Source: Parcubacteria bacterium C7867-004
GTDB lineage: Bacteria > Patescibacteriota > Minisyncoccia > Phycocordibacterales > Phycocordibacteraceae
NCBI GenBank assembly: GCA_001189075.1
Contig: LFCN01000006.1
Coordinates: 237,219-301,218, forward strand
Length of the DNA: 64,000 bases
Reading direction: 5' to 3'
The translations under genes and the position numbers were made by a program. The notes beneath the pieces are model-generated. The model was not told the origin of the DNA. It did no database searches and was given only the letters and a program-made list of their open reading frames with translations. Below, piece after piece: positions 19,538-30,520 of the stretch; within the stretch, counting starts at the first letter, position 1, and each line of letters begins with the position of its first letter.

Positions 19538-21094
19538 TTAGCGCACCGAGGCTGCGGACTGCGTCTTAACGAGCTCGCCTTCGGAGAGGCCGCGTGCATC
19601 GGTGACGATCCTGAGATCGCCGGGAAGCTCGGAGAGTATCTCGATACGGTCGCCGCGTACTTCGCCTACTTCGACGGGGCGCGCGACGAGACGGGAATCA
19701 GCATCGACCGTAAAGATGATGCGATCACCGGCGCGGAGCTTCACGGAAGCGAGTGGAAGGAGCGCAGGACCTGCGGCCGCAACAACGGTTGTCTGGGGAG
19801 CGAGGTCAGGAAGCGCGATATGCACGGACTGGCCGTTCACGAGATCGTTCGCACCCGTTACGGCGACGTGCACTTCGATTTGCTTGTTGGTGGGATCGAG
19901 CGCTGGAGCGATCGAGGTGATGATGCCGTCACTCTTGCCTTCGACGGTAACCTTGGTGCCCGCAGCAAGGAGATCACGGTCGCCTTCAGAGACGTATGCG
20001 ACGATCTCGAGCGCGCCGTTCTGAGCTACGGTAGCGACGTGCATGAGGTTGGTGACGTAATCGCCGACGCGTATCGGAAGGAAGTTCACCTGTCCTGCGA
20101 TAGGCGCACGGATAACCGTCTTCTCGAGGTTCGCTTGTGCGGCACGAAGCGATCCCAGCGCCTGCTTCACGGACGCGTCAGCGCTCGCGGACGCACCCAC
20201 GCTTCCTGCGCGGTATCCGCTGCGGGCGGCCTGTAGCGACGCGATCACTCCGTCGACGCTCGCGCGTGCAGCGACGAGTGCCGCTGACTGCGTTTCGGTA
20301 GTGCGGGAGTCGCGGCCGTTAGCGGCAACTGCGAGGCGGGCCATGAACGTCGCTACCTGGCGCGCGATCGATTCAGCTTCCTCAAGAAGCGCGAGCGGGT
20401 CACGGGAACCGGCACTTCCAAGCTTCGCGGCATACGCTTCCATGAGTCCGTCGATTCGCTCGCGTTCGCGGGAAAGATTGTCCGCTTCTGCTGCATTGCT
20501 CGCGAGGATAAGGAGATCGGGACCGACCGGCTTCGGGTCGCCGAAGAATTGGTCTACCTGCGTCTCGAGCGCGGTATCGAGGGTGGTGTAGGCGGCGCGA
20601 TATTCCGCAACTGCTTCATCCTTCGTGTCGGGAAGCGACTGCGCGGAGCGGGCGGCGACCGCTGCGTCGTAGGCGCCTTCGGCCTGAAGCACGCTCGCAC
20701 GCTCGGCTGCGTTCTCGAGGCTCGCGATTATGGAACCGGCTGCGACGAATCCGCCGAGCTGGACGTTAACGGCACGGACGGTACCACCGTTCTGGGCGAG
20801 GAGATCCGCCTCGGTGACGCTGCGCACGGTGCCGATGAGATCCACGACACTTCCGGTACCGGAGAGTTCTCCAATGGACGCGAGGGTGACGGTGCGGCTC
20901 TGGTCAGCAGTCTCTTCAGGCTTCGCCGACGTGAGAAGGAAGATTAGTCCGGCGATAGCTGCGGCGAGCACGAGTGCCATAGCGATGCGCTGCCACAGAG
21001 GACGGGCGACATACCACTTCCAAGAGTGGCGTGCTCGAGCGGGTAGAGTATTGAAAAATGCGCGTACGCGCTTCATGAGGACGGCTGGTTTCAT
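19538..21094 (-). CDS. RND membrane fusion (adaptor) protein
   Basis: N-terminal TM, lipoyl halves (GTVRAVNVQLG; IRAPIAGQV), long helical hairpin; upstream of RND. Confidence 0.9.
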   Translation of the reverse strand: MKPAVLMKRVRAFFNTLPARARHSWKWYVARPLWQRIAMALVLAAAIAGLIFLLTSAKPEETADQSRTVTLASIGELSGTGSVVDLIGTVRSVTEADLLAQNGGTVRAVNVQLGGFVAAGSIIASLENAAERASVLQAEGAYDAAVAARSAQSLPDTKDEAVAEYRAAYTTLDTALETQVDQFFGDPKPVGPDLLILASNAAEADNLSRERERIDGLMEAYAAKLGSAGSRDPLALLEEAESIARQVATFMARLAVAANGRDSRTTETQSAALVAARASVDGVIASLQAARSGYRAGSVGASASADASVKQALGSLRAAQANLEKTVIRAPIAGQVNFLPIRVGDYVTNLMHVATVAQNGALEIVAYVSEGDRDLLAAGTKVTVEGKSDGIITSIAPALDPTNKQIEVHVAVTGANDLVNGQSVHIALPDLAPQTTVVAAAGPALLPLASVKLRAGDRIIFTVDADSRLVARPVEVGEVRGDRIEILSELPGDLRIVTDARGLSEGELVKTQSAASVR

Positions 21095-21186
21095 ATGTAT
21101 TTACTACACTATTTTATCAGTAATGTCAATTTGTAGGCCGTCTCAGAAGGAAGAAGATGCGGAGGCGAAGTGGTATCCTTATATCC

Positions 21187-22029
21187 ATGAAATTCCACGA
21201 GTACGTCGACCACCACCATACCTTTATGTACCTCTGGATCGTGGGCGCGCTCTTGGTTCTCGGGGGACTTGCCTATTCCTATATAGATACGCATCCGCAG
21301 GGCGTGCTCGACGGCCAGCATGAAGGGGATGTCCGTACCCTTATCGGCGCATTCGGCAACCAGCTAAATACAGTCTCGCTCCTTTCTCCGGAGGCTGCGG
21401 AAGATATCCGCAAGGCATACGGTCCGTATGCGACGCCCGAACTCGTTGAGGCTTGGGCTGCGGATCCTGCAACCGCGCCGGGACGACTCACCTCAAGTCC
21501 CTGGCCCGATCACATCGAGATCGCAAGCGTGATCATGACTCCGCCTGATTCCTACGCCGTCGAAGGAGAGATCATGCTCGTTACCTCAAGCGGGGACGCC
21601 GGAAGCGTGCCGGTCTCGTTTACGGTTGCGAGGGTAGCCGATCGGTATCTCATCACCTCGTATCGGGAACAGCGCGGTACGTCTGCGGAAGCGCTCCCGA
21701 TTCCTGGTACGGTTGAAGCGAGAACGGTTGCGCTTGGCGAGATCGTGACCGCGTTCGGCGTTTCCGTTACACCCCTCGAAGTTGTCGAGGACAGTCGATG
21801 TCCTGCGAACGCGAATTGCATCCAAGCAGGTACCGTGCGTGTACAGGGAACCTTCGAAGACAAGACGGGCAAGATAGATGCGGTGTTCGGCCTCGGTGTC
21901 GAGATGTCTGGAGTCATCGATGGACCGACTGCGTTCGTGACGCTTACCGAAGTCACGCCTCTGAAGTCGACCTCGACAACCATTGATCCAAGCGACTACC
22001 GCTTCACATTCAAGTTCGAGTACCGCTAG
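21187..22029 (+). CDS. Membrane-anchored hypothetical protein
   Basis: TM; APGRLTSSPWPDHIEI; EDSRCPANANCIQAG. Confidence 0.75.
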   Translation: MKFHEYVDHHHTFMYLWIVGALLVLGGLAYSYIDTHPQGVLDGQHEGDVRTLIGAFGNQLNTVSLLSPEAAEDIRKAYGPYATPELVEAWAADPATAPGRLTSSPWPDHIEIASVIMTPPDSYAVEGEIMLVTSSGDAGSVPVSFTVARVADRYLITSYREQRGTSAEALPIPGTVEARTVALGEIVTAFGVSVTPLEVVEDSRCPANANCIQAGTVRVQGTFEDKTGKIDAVFGLGVEMSGVIDGPTAFVTLTEVTPLKSTSTTIDPSDYRFTFKFEYR

Positions 22030-22095
22030 GGTTTTTATCTTTTCTTTAACTTTTTCTTAACAGGCCTTGAATATCCGGTCTGCTAGTATGCGCCT

Positions 22096-23769
22096 ATGAC
22101 CCAGAACGAGGCGCTCGCCATTTTGAAGACTGGAGCGAATGTATTCCTTACCGGAGAGCCCGGAAGCGGGAAGACGCATACCGTGAACGCGTACATTGCG
22201 TGGCTACGTTCGCATGGTATTGATCCCGCTATAACCGCGTCTACCGGCATCGCCGCGACGCACGTGGGCGGCATGACGCTCCATGCCTGGGCAGGCATCG
22301 GCATTGCGGAACGCATGACGCCGCAGCTCCTCGATGCGATCGCGAGCAAGGAGCATGTCGCGAAGCGTCTTCAGCGCGCGAAGGTGCTTATCATCGATGA
22401 GGTATCGATGCTTTCTGCGAATGTGCTCTCGATGGTAGACGAAGTTGCGCGTGAAGTGCGGCACGAGCCCCATGAAGCGTTCGGCGGACTGCAGGTAGTG
22501 TTTGTCGGCGATTTCTTCCAGCTCCCGCCAGTCTCGCGCACGGAAACCTCGTTCGCGTTCGAATCCCCGGCGTGGGCAAATGCTCGGCCGATGATCTGTT
22601 ACTTGTCCGAACAGCATCGCCAGGACGACGAGCGGTTGCTCGACGTCCTCTCAGCGATACGCGGCGGCACCTGGGACCATACGCATGTTTCCATCATCAC
22701 CGCTCGGGAAGCCGAATTCGAGGTTATCGAGGACGGCATCCCGCAGTTATTCACGCATAACGCGGATGTCGACCGGATGAACGAGGAACGGCTGAGCCGG
22801 CTTTCGGGCAAAGAGCACGTGTATCTCATGCAAAGTGCAGGAACGCCTGCGCTTACCGAAGCGCTCAAGCGGGGCTGCCTCTCTCCGGAGAGGCTTGTAC
22901 TCAAGGAAGGTGCTGTCGTCATGGCGACGAAGAACAATCCGATCGCGGGGTATTCGAACGGCACGCTTGGTACCGTCATCGATTTCGAATCAGGTACTGA
23001 TTTTCCGATCATAGAAACGCGCGACGGTCGCGAGATAACCGTGCAGCCTGTCGACTGGGCAGTCGAAGAGAATGCAAAGGTCCGCGCTAAGCTCACGCAG
23101 TTTCCGCTCAGGCTCGCGTGGGCGATAACGGTGCACAAGAGTCAGGGACAGAGTCTTGATGCAGCTGCGATCGATCTCTCTCGTGCATTCGAGCACGGAC
23201 AGGGGTATGTTGCACTTTCTCGCGTGCGCAGGCTCGACGGCCTCTTCTTGCTCGGATGGAGCGAGATGGCGCTCTCGGTGCATCCGCGCGTATCCGCACT
23301 TGATGTGGAATTCCGCGAAGCGTCAGCCGCAGCTGCTGAAGCGTTCGCGGAGCTTGAAGAGAGTGGGGAGCGGAAGCAGATGGAGAAGAATTTCATACTG
23401 GCCTCGGGAGGTACGCTCGAATCAAAAGAAGGAACGGCTGGGGCGATTGTTCCGAAAGCAACCACCTACGACCTGACGCTCGCGCTCATCGAAGCCGGGA
23501 AGACGTTAGTTGAGATCGCGAAGGAACGCTCGCTCACAATCGGCACGATCGCGGACCATGCCGACAAACTGGTATCGGCAGGACGCGTTACTGCCTCGAC
23601 CCTTGAGGAGATCATTCCAGACCGCCTAAAGAAGGCGCTCCCGAAGATATTTGAAGCCTTCGAGAAGAAGGGGGCCGAAAAACTTACTCCGGCGTATTCT
23701 ACTCTTAAAGGAAAGTATTCCTATGACGAGTTGAAGCTGGCGCGCGTGCTGTTCCTGCGGCGTGCGTAG
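22096..23769 (+). CDS. PIF1/RecD-like helicase with C-terminal HTH
   Basis: GEPGSGKT, TASTGIAA, IIDEVSM, GDFFQLPPV, AITVHKSQG, YVALSR. Confidence 0.93.
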   Translation: MTQNEALAILKTGANVFLTGEPGSGKTHTVNAYIAWLRSHGIDPAITASTGIAATHVGGMTLHAWAGIGIAERMTPQLLDAIASKEHVAKRLQRAKVLIIDEVSMLSANVLSMVDEVAREVRHEPHEAFGGLQVVFVGDFFQLPPVSRTETSFAFESPAWANARPMICYLSEQHRQDDERLLDVLSAIRGGTWDHTHVSIITAREAEFEVIEDGIPQLFTHNADVDRMNEERLSRLSGKEHVYLMQSAGTPALTEALKRGCLSPERLVLKEGAVVMATKNNPIAGYSNGTLGTVIDFESGTDFPIIETRDGREITVQPVDWAVEENAKVRAKLTQFPLRLAWAITVHKSQGQSLDAAAIDLSRAFEHGQGYVALSRVRRLDGLFLLGWSEMALSVHPRVSALDVEFREASAAAAEAFAELEESGERKQMEKNFILASGGTLESKEGTAGAIVPKATTYDLTLALIEAGKTLVEIAKERSLTIGTIADHADKLVSAGRVTASTLEEIIPDRLKKALPKIFEAFEKKGAEKLTPAYSTLKGKYSYDELKLARVLFLRRA

Positions 23770-23797
23770 GTTTTGAATGGGTTACAATAGTCCCGAC

Positions 23798-24811
23798 ATG
23801 CATGTTCAGGTTGTTGAGACAGTCAGACACCGGCGTCCATCACGCCGGATCCTCGTTATAGGGCTGGTAGCGTTCGTCATCGTCCTTGCGGGAAGCCTTC
23901 TCGCGTACGCGCGTTATTTCGGTCCCGCAGATGAGTACGCTGCCATGAGCGAGTTCCTCGTCACGCCGGACCAAGAGTTCGCGGTTATCGCTCATGACCT
24001 CAAAGTTGCCGGCTACATCCGCAGTATCACCGCGTTCCGCGTCGCGTTCGCGCTTACGGGAAATATCCGGGGCGTGCGGGAGGGAGGATATCGCATCAGT
24101 CCGTCGATGGACGCGTGGAGTATTGCCTCCGCGCTCGCGCATCCGCCGTATCTGGCGTGGGTAACCTTCAAGCCGGGACTGCGCAAAGAAGAGATAGCAA
24201 CCATTCTCGCGAAGAAGCTCGAGTGGACTCCCGAAGAGAAGGAGACGTGGCTTACCGTTGATACCGTACCGAACGCGTCGCAGGCGGAAGGTGTGTATCC
24301 CGGAGGCACCTATCTCATCCCGTCTGATCGAACACCGGCGGAAGTCGCGGTGCAATTGCGCGCCCGCTTCCAGGAAGAGTTCGCACCCTACGCGGAGCTC
24401 GTTATCGAGAAGAACATCACGTGGACCGAAGCGATAACGATGGCTTCCCTTATTGAGCGCGAGGCAGCGAAAAGCGACAAGGCGCTCATCGCGGGTATCC
24501 TCTGGAATCGCATCAATGATGGTATGCGCTTGCAGGTAGACGCGACGCTACAGTACATCCGAGGAGAGGAAGGGAACTGGTGGCCAGTGCCGAACGTCGA
24601 GGATAAGAAGATTGATTCTCCGTACAATACCTATAAATACGCGGGGCTCCCGCCGCATCCGATCGCGAATCCTTCGATAGAGTCCATCGAAGCCGCGCTT
24701 AATCCCGAGAAGACGAAGTGCATCTATTATCTCCATGACACCGATGGCGTTATTCATTGCTCGCCGACCTACGCGGGGCAGGTTGCGAACGTGAATAAGT
24801 ACTTGAAATAG
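23798..24811 (+). CDS. mltG: Endolytic transglycosylase MltG
   Basis: TM; ASLIEREA, LQVDATLQY, SPYNTYKYAGLPPHPIANPS. Confidence 0.92.
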   Translation: MHVQVVETVRHRRPSRRILVIGLVAFVIVLAGSLLAYARYFGPADEYAAMSEFLVTPDQEFAVIAHDLKVAGYIRSITAFRVAFALTGNIRGVREGGYRISPSMDAWSIASALAHPPYLAWVTFKPGLRKEEIATILAKKLEWTPEEKETWLTVDTVPNASQAEGVYPGGTYLIPSDRTPAEVAVQLRARFQEEFAPYAELVIEKNITWTEAITMASLIEREAAKSDKALIAGILWNRINDGMRLQVDATLQYIRGEEGNWWPVPNVEDKKIDSPYNTYKYAGLPPHPIANPSIESIEAALNPEKTKCIYYLHDTDGVIHCSPTYAGQVANVNKYLK

Positions 24812-24908
24812 CTTGGAACACGCCGTTGACGCTTTACCTATATAAGGTTATTCTATTTTCATCAGCCCGCAGGGCCTTTTTATTTTACCCACGCCAGCTT
24901 AGATCCCT

Positions 24909-26702
24909 ATGGAAATCCGAAATATCGCTATCATCGCCCACGTGGACCACGGCAAGACCACGCTGACCGACGCCATCATGAAGCAGACCGGTGCGGCTCC
25001 TGAGGGCCTCTCCATGGACTCGAACGCTCTCGAGCACGAGCGCGGCATCACCATTTACTCGAAGAACACCTCCATCGAGTACAAGGGAACGAAGATCAAC
25101 ATCGTCGACACCCCTGGCCACTCCGACTTCGGTTCGGAGGTTGAGCGCGTGCTCCGCTCCATCGACTCGGTGCTCCTGATCGTGGACGCACAGGAAGGTC
25201 CGATGCCGCAGACCCGCTTCGTGCTGAAGAAGTCGCTCGAGTTGGGCCTCAAGCCTATTGTCGTACTCAACAAGATCGACAAGCCAGCCGCTGATCCCGC
25301 ACGCGCTGAAGAGCAGGTGCTTGAGCTCTTCTACGATCTCGGCGCTTCTGACGAGCAGTCTGATTTCACTACGGTATACGCGATCGGCCGCGAAGGCGTC
25401 GCGATGCGCAAGCTCGACGACGAGAGGGTTGATCTCTCTCCGCTCCTCGACGTGATCCTCGAGAAGGTGACGCCGACGGCCAGCGATGTCGAATCCGCAA
25501 AGCCGCTCAAGCTCCAGACCTTCAACCTCGCCTACGATAACTTCCTCGGACGCCTCGCTATCGGTCGCGTGTACGAAGGTATCGTGAAGGCAGGACAGAA
25601 CGTCATCGTGAAGAAGCCGGACGGCACCTCACGCAACGCGAAGATCACCAAGGTCTTCACCTTCAAGGGCATCGAGCGCGTCGACGTCGAGCAGGCGGTG
25701 GCAGGTGACATCGTCATCATCGCGGGAATCGCTGACGCCTACATCGGCGAGACGGTCACTACCGACCCTGAGGTCGAGGCGATGCCGGCTATCGCTATCG
25801 ACGAGCCGACCATCACCGTGAACTTCCTCGTGAACAACTCTCCGTTCGCCGGAAAGGAGGGCAAGTTCGTCACGAGCCGTCAGCTGCGTGACTATCTCGA
25901 GAAGGAGCTCGAGGTTAACGTAGGACTCAAGGTTGATTTCCATTCGCCTGACGCATTCAAGGTGTCAGGTCGTGGCGAGCTCCACATCGCGATCCTTCTT
26001 GAGAACATGCGCCGTGCCGGCTACGAGATGCAGGTCTCTCAGCCGCAGGTCATCATCCGCGAGGAGGACGGCGTGAAAGTCGAGCCGTACGAGGAGGTCA
26101 CTATCGATACACCGACCGAATTCCAGGGCTCCATCATCGAGCGTCTCGGTACGCGCGCGTTCGTCCTTCAGAACCTCGTGCAGACCAACGACCAGGTGCG
26201 CCTCACCCTCGAAGGCCCGACCCGCGGACTCCTCGGCTACCGCAACCAGTTCGTCGTCGACACCAAGGGCGAAGGCATCCTCTCTTCACGCGTCATCGGC
26301 TTCAAGCCGTACGCAGGAGAGATCAAGAAGCGCCAGGTTGGCTCGATGATCTCCATGGCTTCAGGCAAGTCTCTCGGCTATGCGCTTTGGGGTCTTCAGG
26401 AGCGCGGCGTGCTCTACATCGTTCCTGCTACGGAAGTGTACGAGGGCATGGTTATCGGAAACACCTCGAAGGGCGAGGAAATGATGGCGAACCCAACGAA
26501 GGGAAAGAACCAGTCCAACGTTCGTTCCTCGGGTATGGACGAGGCTATCAATCTCGTGCCGGCCTACACCCTCACCATCGAGCGCGGACTCGAAGTCATG
26601 TCGGAAGACGAATACCTCGAGATCACGCCGACCTCGGTGCGTCTGCGCAAGCAATTCCTCAATGAGAGCGAACGCGTGAAGGCTCGTAGCAAGAACAAGT
26701 AG
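24909..26702 (+). CDS. typA: Translational GTPase TypA/BipA
   Basis: [45 protein letters not shown]. Confidence 0.97.
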   Translation: MEIRNIAIIAHVDHGKTTLTDAIMKQTGAAPEGLSMDSNALEHERGITIYSKNTSIEYKGTKINIVDTPGHSDFGSEVERVLRSIDSVLLIVDAQEGPMPQTRFVLKKSLELGLKPIVVLNKIDKPAADPARAEEQVLELFYDLGASDEQSDFTTVYAIGREGVAMRKLDDERVDLSPLLDVILEKVTPTASDVESAKPLKLQTFNLAYDNFLGRLAIGRVYEGIVKAGQNVIVKKPDGTSRNAKITKVFTFKGIERVDVEQAVAGDIVIIAGIADAYIGETVTTDPEVEAMPAIAIDEPTITVNFLVNNSPFAGKEGKFVTSRQLRDYLEKELEVNVGLKVDFHSPDAFKVSGRGELHIAILLENMRRAGYEMQVSQPQVIIREEDGVKVEPYEEVTIDTPTEFQGSIIERLGTRAFVLQNLVQTNDQVRLTLEGPTRGLLGYRNQFVVDTKGEGILSSRVIGFKPYAGEIKKRQVGSMISMASGKSLGYALWGLQERGVLYIVPATEVYEGMVIGNTSKGEEMMANPTKGKNQSNVRSSGMDEAINLVPAYTLTIERGLEVMSEDEYLEITPTSVRLRKQFLNESERVKARSKNK

Positions 26703-26720
26703 GGTTCATTTTGGAACCAG

Positions 26721-26758
26721 TAATGAAGGGCGGTGCCGCAGGGCACCGCCCTTCATTA
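26721..26758 (+). terminator. Terminator after typA
   Basis: TAATGAAGGGCGGTGCC-GCAG-GGCACCGCCCTTCATTA. Confidence 0.75.
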
Positions 26759-26814
26759 ATTCTCCAGACGGATTTTCGTATGGTTTCCTGTATTAGAACC
26801 ATAAATCATATTCC

Positions 26815-26967
26815 ATGCTGTACACCATCGCCGTCATACTTCTCGTGCTCTGGCTTCTGGGTCTCGTGACGTCGTACACTATCGGCGGGTTCATCCATCT
26901 TCTCCTGGTTGTTGCGATAGTCATGGTGATGATTCGTCTCATACAGGGACGCAACCCGATCGCGTAA
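26815..26967 (+). CDS. lmo0937-family (DUF5670) small membrane protein, 50 aa; not in ORF track
   Basis: Hand translation: MLYTIAVILLVLWLLGLVTSYTIGGFIHLLLVVAIVMVMIRLIQGRNPIA*. Confidence 0.9.
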   Translation: MLYTIAVILLVLWLLGLVTSYTIGGFIHLLLVVAIVMVMIRLIQGRNPIA

Positions 26968-27233
26968 ATAACGTAGATTGCCTATTGGCAGGAAACGAGC
27001 GCCACGTTCTGTGGCGCTCGTTTCCAATAGGGCTTGCTAAAATACGTACGTCTGCTATACTAGTTTCACAACGGTTACTCCATTGTTTGTCGTCCAGGGA
27101 GCCAAGGCTCAAAGGACCACGGGGCTACGCGCGAAACGCAACGCCTACACGCACAGAGAACGGTTGGAGTCGGTTTTCCGACGACCTTATACACAACCAA
27201 GGCACGGCGCACCCGTGCGAACAACAACACTAC

Positions 27234-28670
27234 ATGGATCAGAAGAACAACCAGCGCTCGCGTGGCGGAAGCCGTGGCGCAGCGCCATCACGCCGTCCCG
27301 GCGGTCGCGATACCCGCATGAGCTCCGCATACGAAGCAGGTATGAAGTTCGCGCTCGATAACGGCTTCAAGCGACCGATGACGGCCGCGGTAGAGCCGCG
27401 TCGCCGTCCTTCGGGAGGCGGAGCTTCACGTGGCGGACCCCGTCGCGATAGCGGCTCGTCGTCGAGCCGTGGCGGATACTCACGCGACGCAGGTCGGGGC
27501 GCGGATCGCGGTGGCTCACGCGGCGGAAGCCGTGGTGGCGGTCGCGGATTCCAGGAGATGCACGTCGACCTCGCAAAGCTCGTCAACAAGGCGCAGCCGC
27601 ACGAGGAAGTCGAGGCATACGTCCCGACCCACGCATTCGCTGACTTCGCTATCGATGAGCGTCTCAAGGACAACATCATCGCGAAGGGCTACATCACCCC
27701 GACCCCTATCCAGGATCAGTCGATCCCGCACGTCCTTCTCGGGAAGGATATCGTCGGCATGGCGAACACCGGAACAGGAAAGACCGCGGCATTCCTCATT
27801 CCGCTTATCGATAAAGTGCTTAAGTTCCGCGCGATCGGCACTGATGAGCGCGTGCTTATCATGGTTCCGACCCGCGAGCTCGCTATCCAGATCGAGGCCG
27901 AGTTCTTCGGCTTCGCGAAGGGGCTCCAGCTCTCGTCCGTTACCTGTGTCGGTGGCGCGAACATCACGCCGCAGATCCGCCTCCTTCAAAGGAAGCCGTC
28001 ATTCGTCATCGGTACTCCGGGACGCCTCAAGGACCTCATGGAGCGCCGCGATCTCGATCTCTCGAAGTTCGGCACCGTTGTCCTCGACGAGGCTGATCGC
28101 ATGCTCGACATGGGATTCATCGACGACATGCGCTTCATCATGAGCACGATGCGCGCTGAGCGCCACACGCTCTTCTTCTCGGCGACCATGTCCCGGGAGA
28201 TCCAGGCTCTCATCGGCGCATTCCTCAACGATCCCGTCTCGGTATCGGTGAAGACCCGCGAGACTTCGCACACTATCGAGCAGGACGTTGTGCGCGTTCC
28301 GCATGCTCAGAAATTCGAGAAGCTCGTCGAGCTTCTCTCGACTCCGGGCTTTGACAAGGTGCTCGTCTTCGGACGTACCAAGCACGGCGTCGAACGCCTC
28401 GCGAAGGATCTCCGTCACCGCGGCATCAAGTCTGATTCCATCCATGGAAACAAGACGCATGGCGCGCGCCAGAAAGCCCTTACCGCTTTCAAGCGCGGGG
28501 AAGCGAGCGTGCTTACCGCTACCGACGTTGCCGCTCGCGGTCTCGATATCTCGGGCGTTTCGCACGTCATCAACTATGACCTGCCGTCGACCTACGAGGA
28601 CTATACGCACCGCATCGGTCGTACCGGGCGCGCGGGACAGGCAGGCATGGCGCTTACCTTCATTCCGTAA
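27234..28670 (+). CDS. DEAD-box RNA helicase with RGG-rich N-terminus
   Basis: PTPIQ, ANTGTGKT, PTRELA, TPGR, DEADRMLDMGF, SAT, ARGLD, HRIGRTGR. Confidence 0.95.
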   Translation: MDQKNNQRSRGGSRGAAPSRRPGGRDTRMSSAYEAGMKFALDNGFKRPMTAAVEPRRRPSGGGASRGGPRRDSGSSSSRGGYSRDAGRGADRGGSRGGSRGGGRGFQEMHVDLAKLVNKAQPHEEVEAYVPTHAFADFAIDERLKDNIIAKGYITPTPIQDQSIPHVLLGKDIVGMANTGTGKTAAFLIPLIDKVLKFRAIGTDERVLIMVPTRELAIQIEAEFFGFAKGLQLSSVTCVGGANITPQIRLLQRKPSFVIGTPGRLKDLMERRDLDLSKFGTVVLDEADRMLDMGFIDDMRFIMSTMRAERHTLFFSATMSREIQALIGAFLNDPVSVSVKTRETSHTIEQDVVRVPHAQKFEKLVELLSTPGFDKVLVFGRTKHGVERLAKDLRHRGIKSDSIHGNKTHGARQKALTAFKRGEASVLTATDVAARGLDISGVSHVINYDLPSTYEDYTHRIGRTGRAGQAGMALTFIP

Positions 28671-28699
28671 GCAGCCGTCATCGAATACCAGGATAAGCC

Positions 28700-28728
28700 G
28701 AAAAAGCCCCGTTTTGCGGGGCTTTTTC
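28700..28728 (+). terminator. Intrinsic terminator
   Basis: GAAAAAGCCCCG-TTTTG-CGGGGCTTTTTC. Confidence 0.8.
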
Positions 28729-28753
28729 ATGCCTACGGCTCCCGGCGGGAACA

Positions 28754-28781
28754 TTGACATATTTCTATTATGGTATATGAT
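28754..28781 (+). promoter_or_regulatory. Sigma70-type promoter
   Basis: TTGACA-N16-TATGAT. Confidence 0.6.
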
Positions 28782-28979
28782 TAGAACAGGAAAAAAGTAC
28801 CTTGACAATAGAGGTTAGTACACGGGCGGTTGCAGCCATAAGCGGCCTAGTTCTTAGGCCATTTACGGCTGCAACCGACCCAACCCATCATGATGGTGGA
28901 CGGACAACAGCTCGTGTTGAGGCGATGCCTCGATGCAGATCACCTTTCCACCATCAGCAAATCTCAAGGAGACACCCTC

Positions 28980-30491
28980 ATGCGCATGCCGTTCAAGCGT
29001 CAGACCGCAACGACTGCCACGACCGACGAGAACGGGCTTGAGACTCTCAATCCCGCGCTCCTTCTGGAGGGCGAGATTGAGACCGAGATCGGGCGGGCGC
29101 ATGCCCTCGCGGTCACGTTCAAGCCCGGAGAAGAACTCCAACCCTTCCTCAGACAGATCATCGGGCGCGTCGCTCGCATGCACGTGGACTACAACAAGCG
29201 TGCGACGAGCACCCTGCAGGCTATCGCCGGCAGGTTCGTGGTCCTCAAGACCCAACTCGACCAGCCGGTCGAAACCGAGGCAGCGAAGTCTCGCGCGGAA
29301 CTCACCAAAAGGATCGAGAACCACGTGAGGGATCGCGTTCGTCGGAAACTGAAGATCGCCAGCTCCCTCAAGGGACAACGTGAAGACGAGCGCAAGCTCG
29401 CCATCGGCATCTTCGGTGATCCGGAACTCTCGGCTCAAAAGCCGAGCCGGCTGAAAGACGTGGCCGCCTTCCTCATCAGCCTCTTCGTTGGAGCGGGTCT
29501 CGACCTGTCCCTCAACCTGGAGTTGATGAGCTTCGGCTCCACCTTCGCCGTCGCGATCTCCATGTCGCTGCTGATCTCGCTGATCGGTGCGACCTTGGCG
29601 CATTTCGCCTCCCGGTCCATCAGGACCTGGAAGTGCCATCGCCAAGCCCTCGCCGCCTTCAGCCGGGAATTCCCGGATGGGAAGGACTTCAAGACTGGGA
29701 AAGAGGTCTTCGTGTTGCCGCTGCCGCCCGGCTTCGCGCCGATGGCAAGCGTCACGCACGGCGGCCTCATCCTGCTCGCTGCCGCTCTTGTCTGGGTTCG
29801 CCTGGACATCATGCGGGACCAGCCCGGCGCGAATGCCATCGGCCTCTTCGCGACCTTCCTGGTGATCGGCACCTGGTTCGTCCAGTACCTCTTTGAAGCG
29901 TTCATGTCGGGCATCGAACACGCCCGGCTCCGTGAGCTTCATGAGATGCAGGAGAACCTGGGCGGTCTCGAAGAGGAACACCTTTCCCTCAGCGAGATCG
30001 ACGGCACCGACGAGTTCATGGTCAAGATCGGCCAAGAGGTCTCGGACTACGAAGAAGCCGCCGTGACCCGCGCGAAAGCGCTGGCAGAGACGGCGGAAAA
30101 GCTCACTCGCGAGCGTAACGAGTTCGATCGTTTGTTGGCGGAGTTCCAGGCATCTCATGCCTGGTTCACCGCCGCTGCGACGGATGTGGCCGAGGTTTTC
30201 CTGGCCGACGTCGCGGGCTCCAAGACTGCTCCGAGTGCGCTTAAGCCCAACGATCTCAGTACGATGATCGTGGGCGTGCTCCCGGAACCCGTCAAGGCTG
30301 TGGCTGATTTCGACAAGATCTTCGCCTTCGATGTCCCGCAAGACGGGGCGTCGGAGGAACCGGTCGACGTCGAGACTATCGTCCTCAGCTTCGCGGACGC
30401 TTTCGAGGCTCGTGAACGTTCGCGACAAGAAAAAGAAGCTGAGCGGGCTCGAGTCGAAGAGGCGCAAGCCTTCCTCGCCAAGACCAACTGA
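28980..30491 (+). CDS. Hypothetical coiled-coil protein with central 4-TM region
   Basis: AAGGAG SD before ATG 28980; helical N- and C-termini, four hydrophobic segments. Confidence 0.8.
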   Translation: MRMPFKRQTATTATTDENGLETLNPALLLEGEIETEIGRAHALAVTFKPGEELQPFLRQIIGRVARMHVDYNKRATSTLQAIAGRFVVLKTQLDQPVETEAAKSRAELTKRIENHVRDRVRRKLKIASSLKGQREDERKLAIGIFGDPELSAQKPSRLKDVAAFLISLFVGAGLDLSLNLELMSFGSTFAVAISMSLLISLIGATLAHFASRSIRTWKCHRQALAAFSREFPDGKDFKTGKEVFVLPLPPGFAPMASVTHGGLILLAAALVWVRLDIMRDQPGANAIGLFATFLVIGTWFVQYLFEAFMSGIEHARLRELHEMQENLGGLEEEHLSLSEIDGTDEFMVKIGQEVSDYEEAAVTRAKALAETAEKLTRERNEFDRLLAEFQASHAWFTAAATDVAEVFLADVAGSKTAPSALKPNDLSTMIVGVLPEPVKAVADFDKIFAFDVPQDGASEEPVDVETIVLSFADAFEARERSRQEKEAERARVEEAQAFLAKTN

Positions 30492-30520
30492 GCTACAACA
30501 CCTTCAGGAAAGTTACTGAC

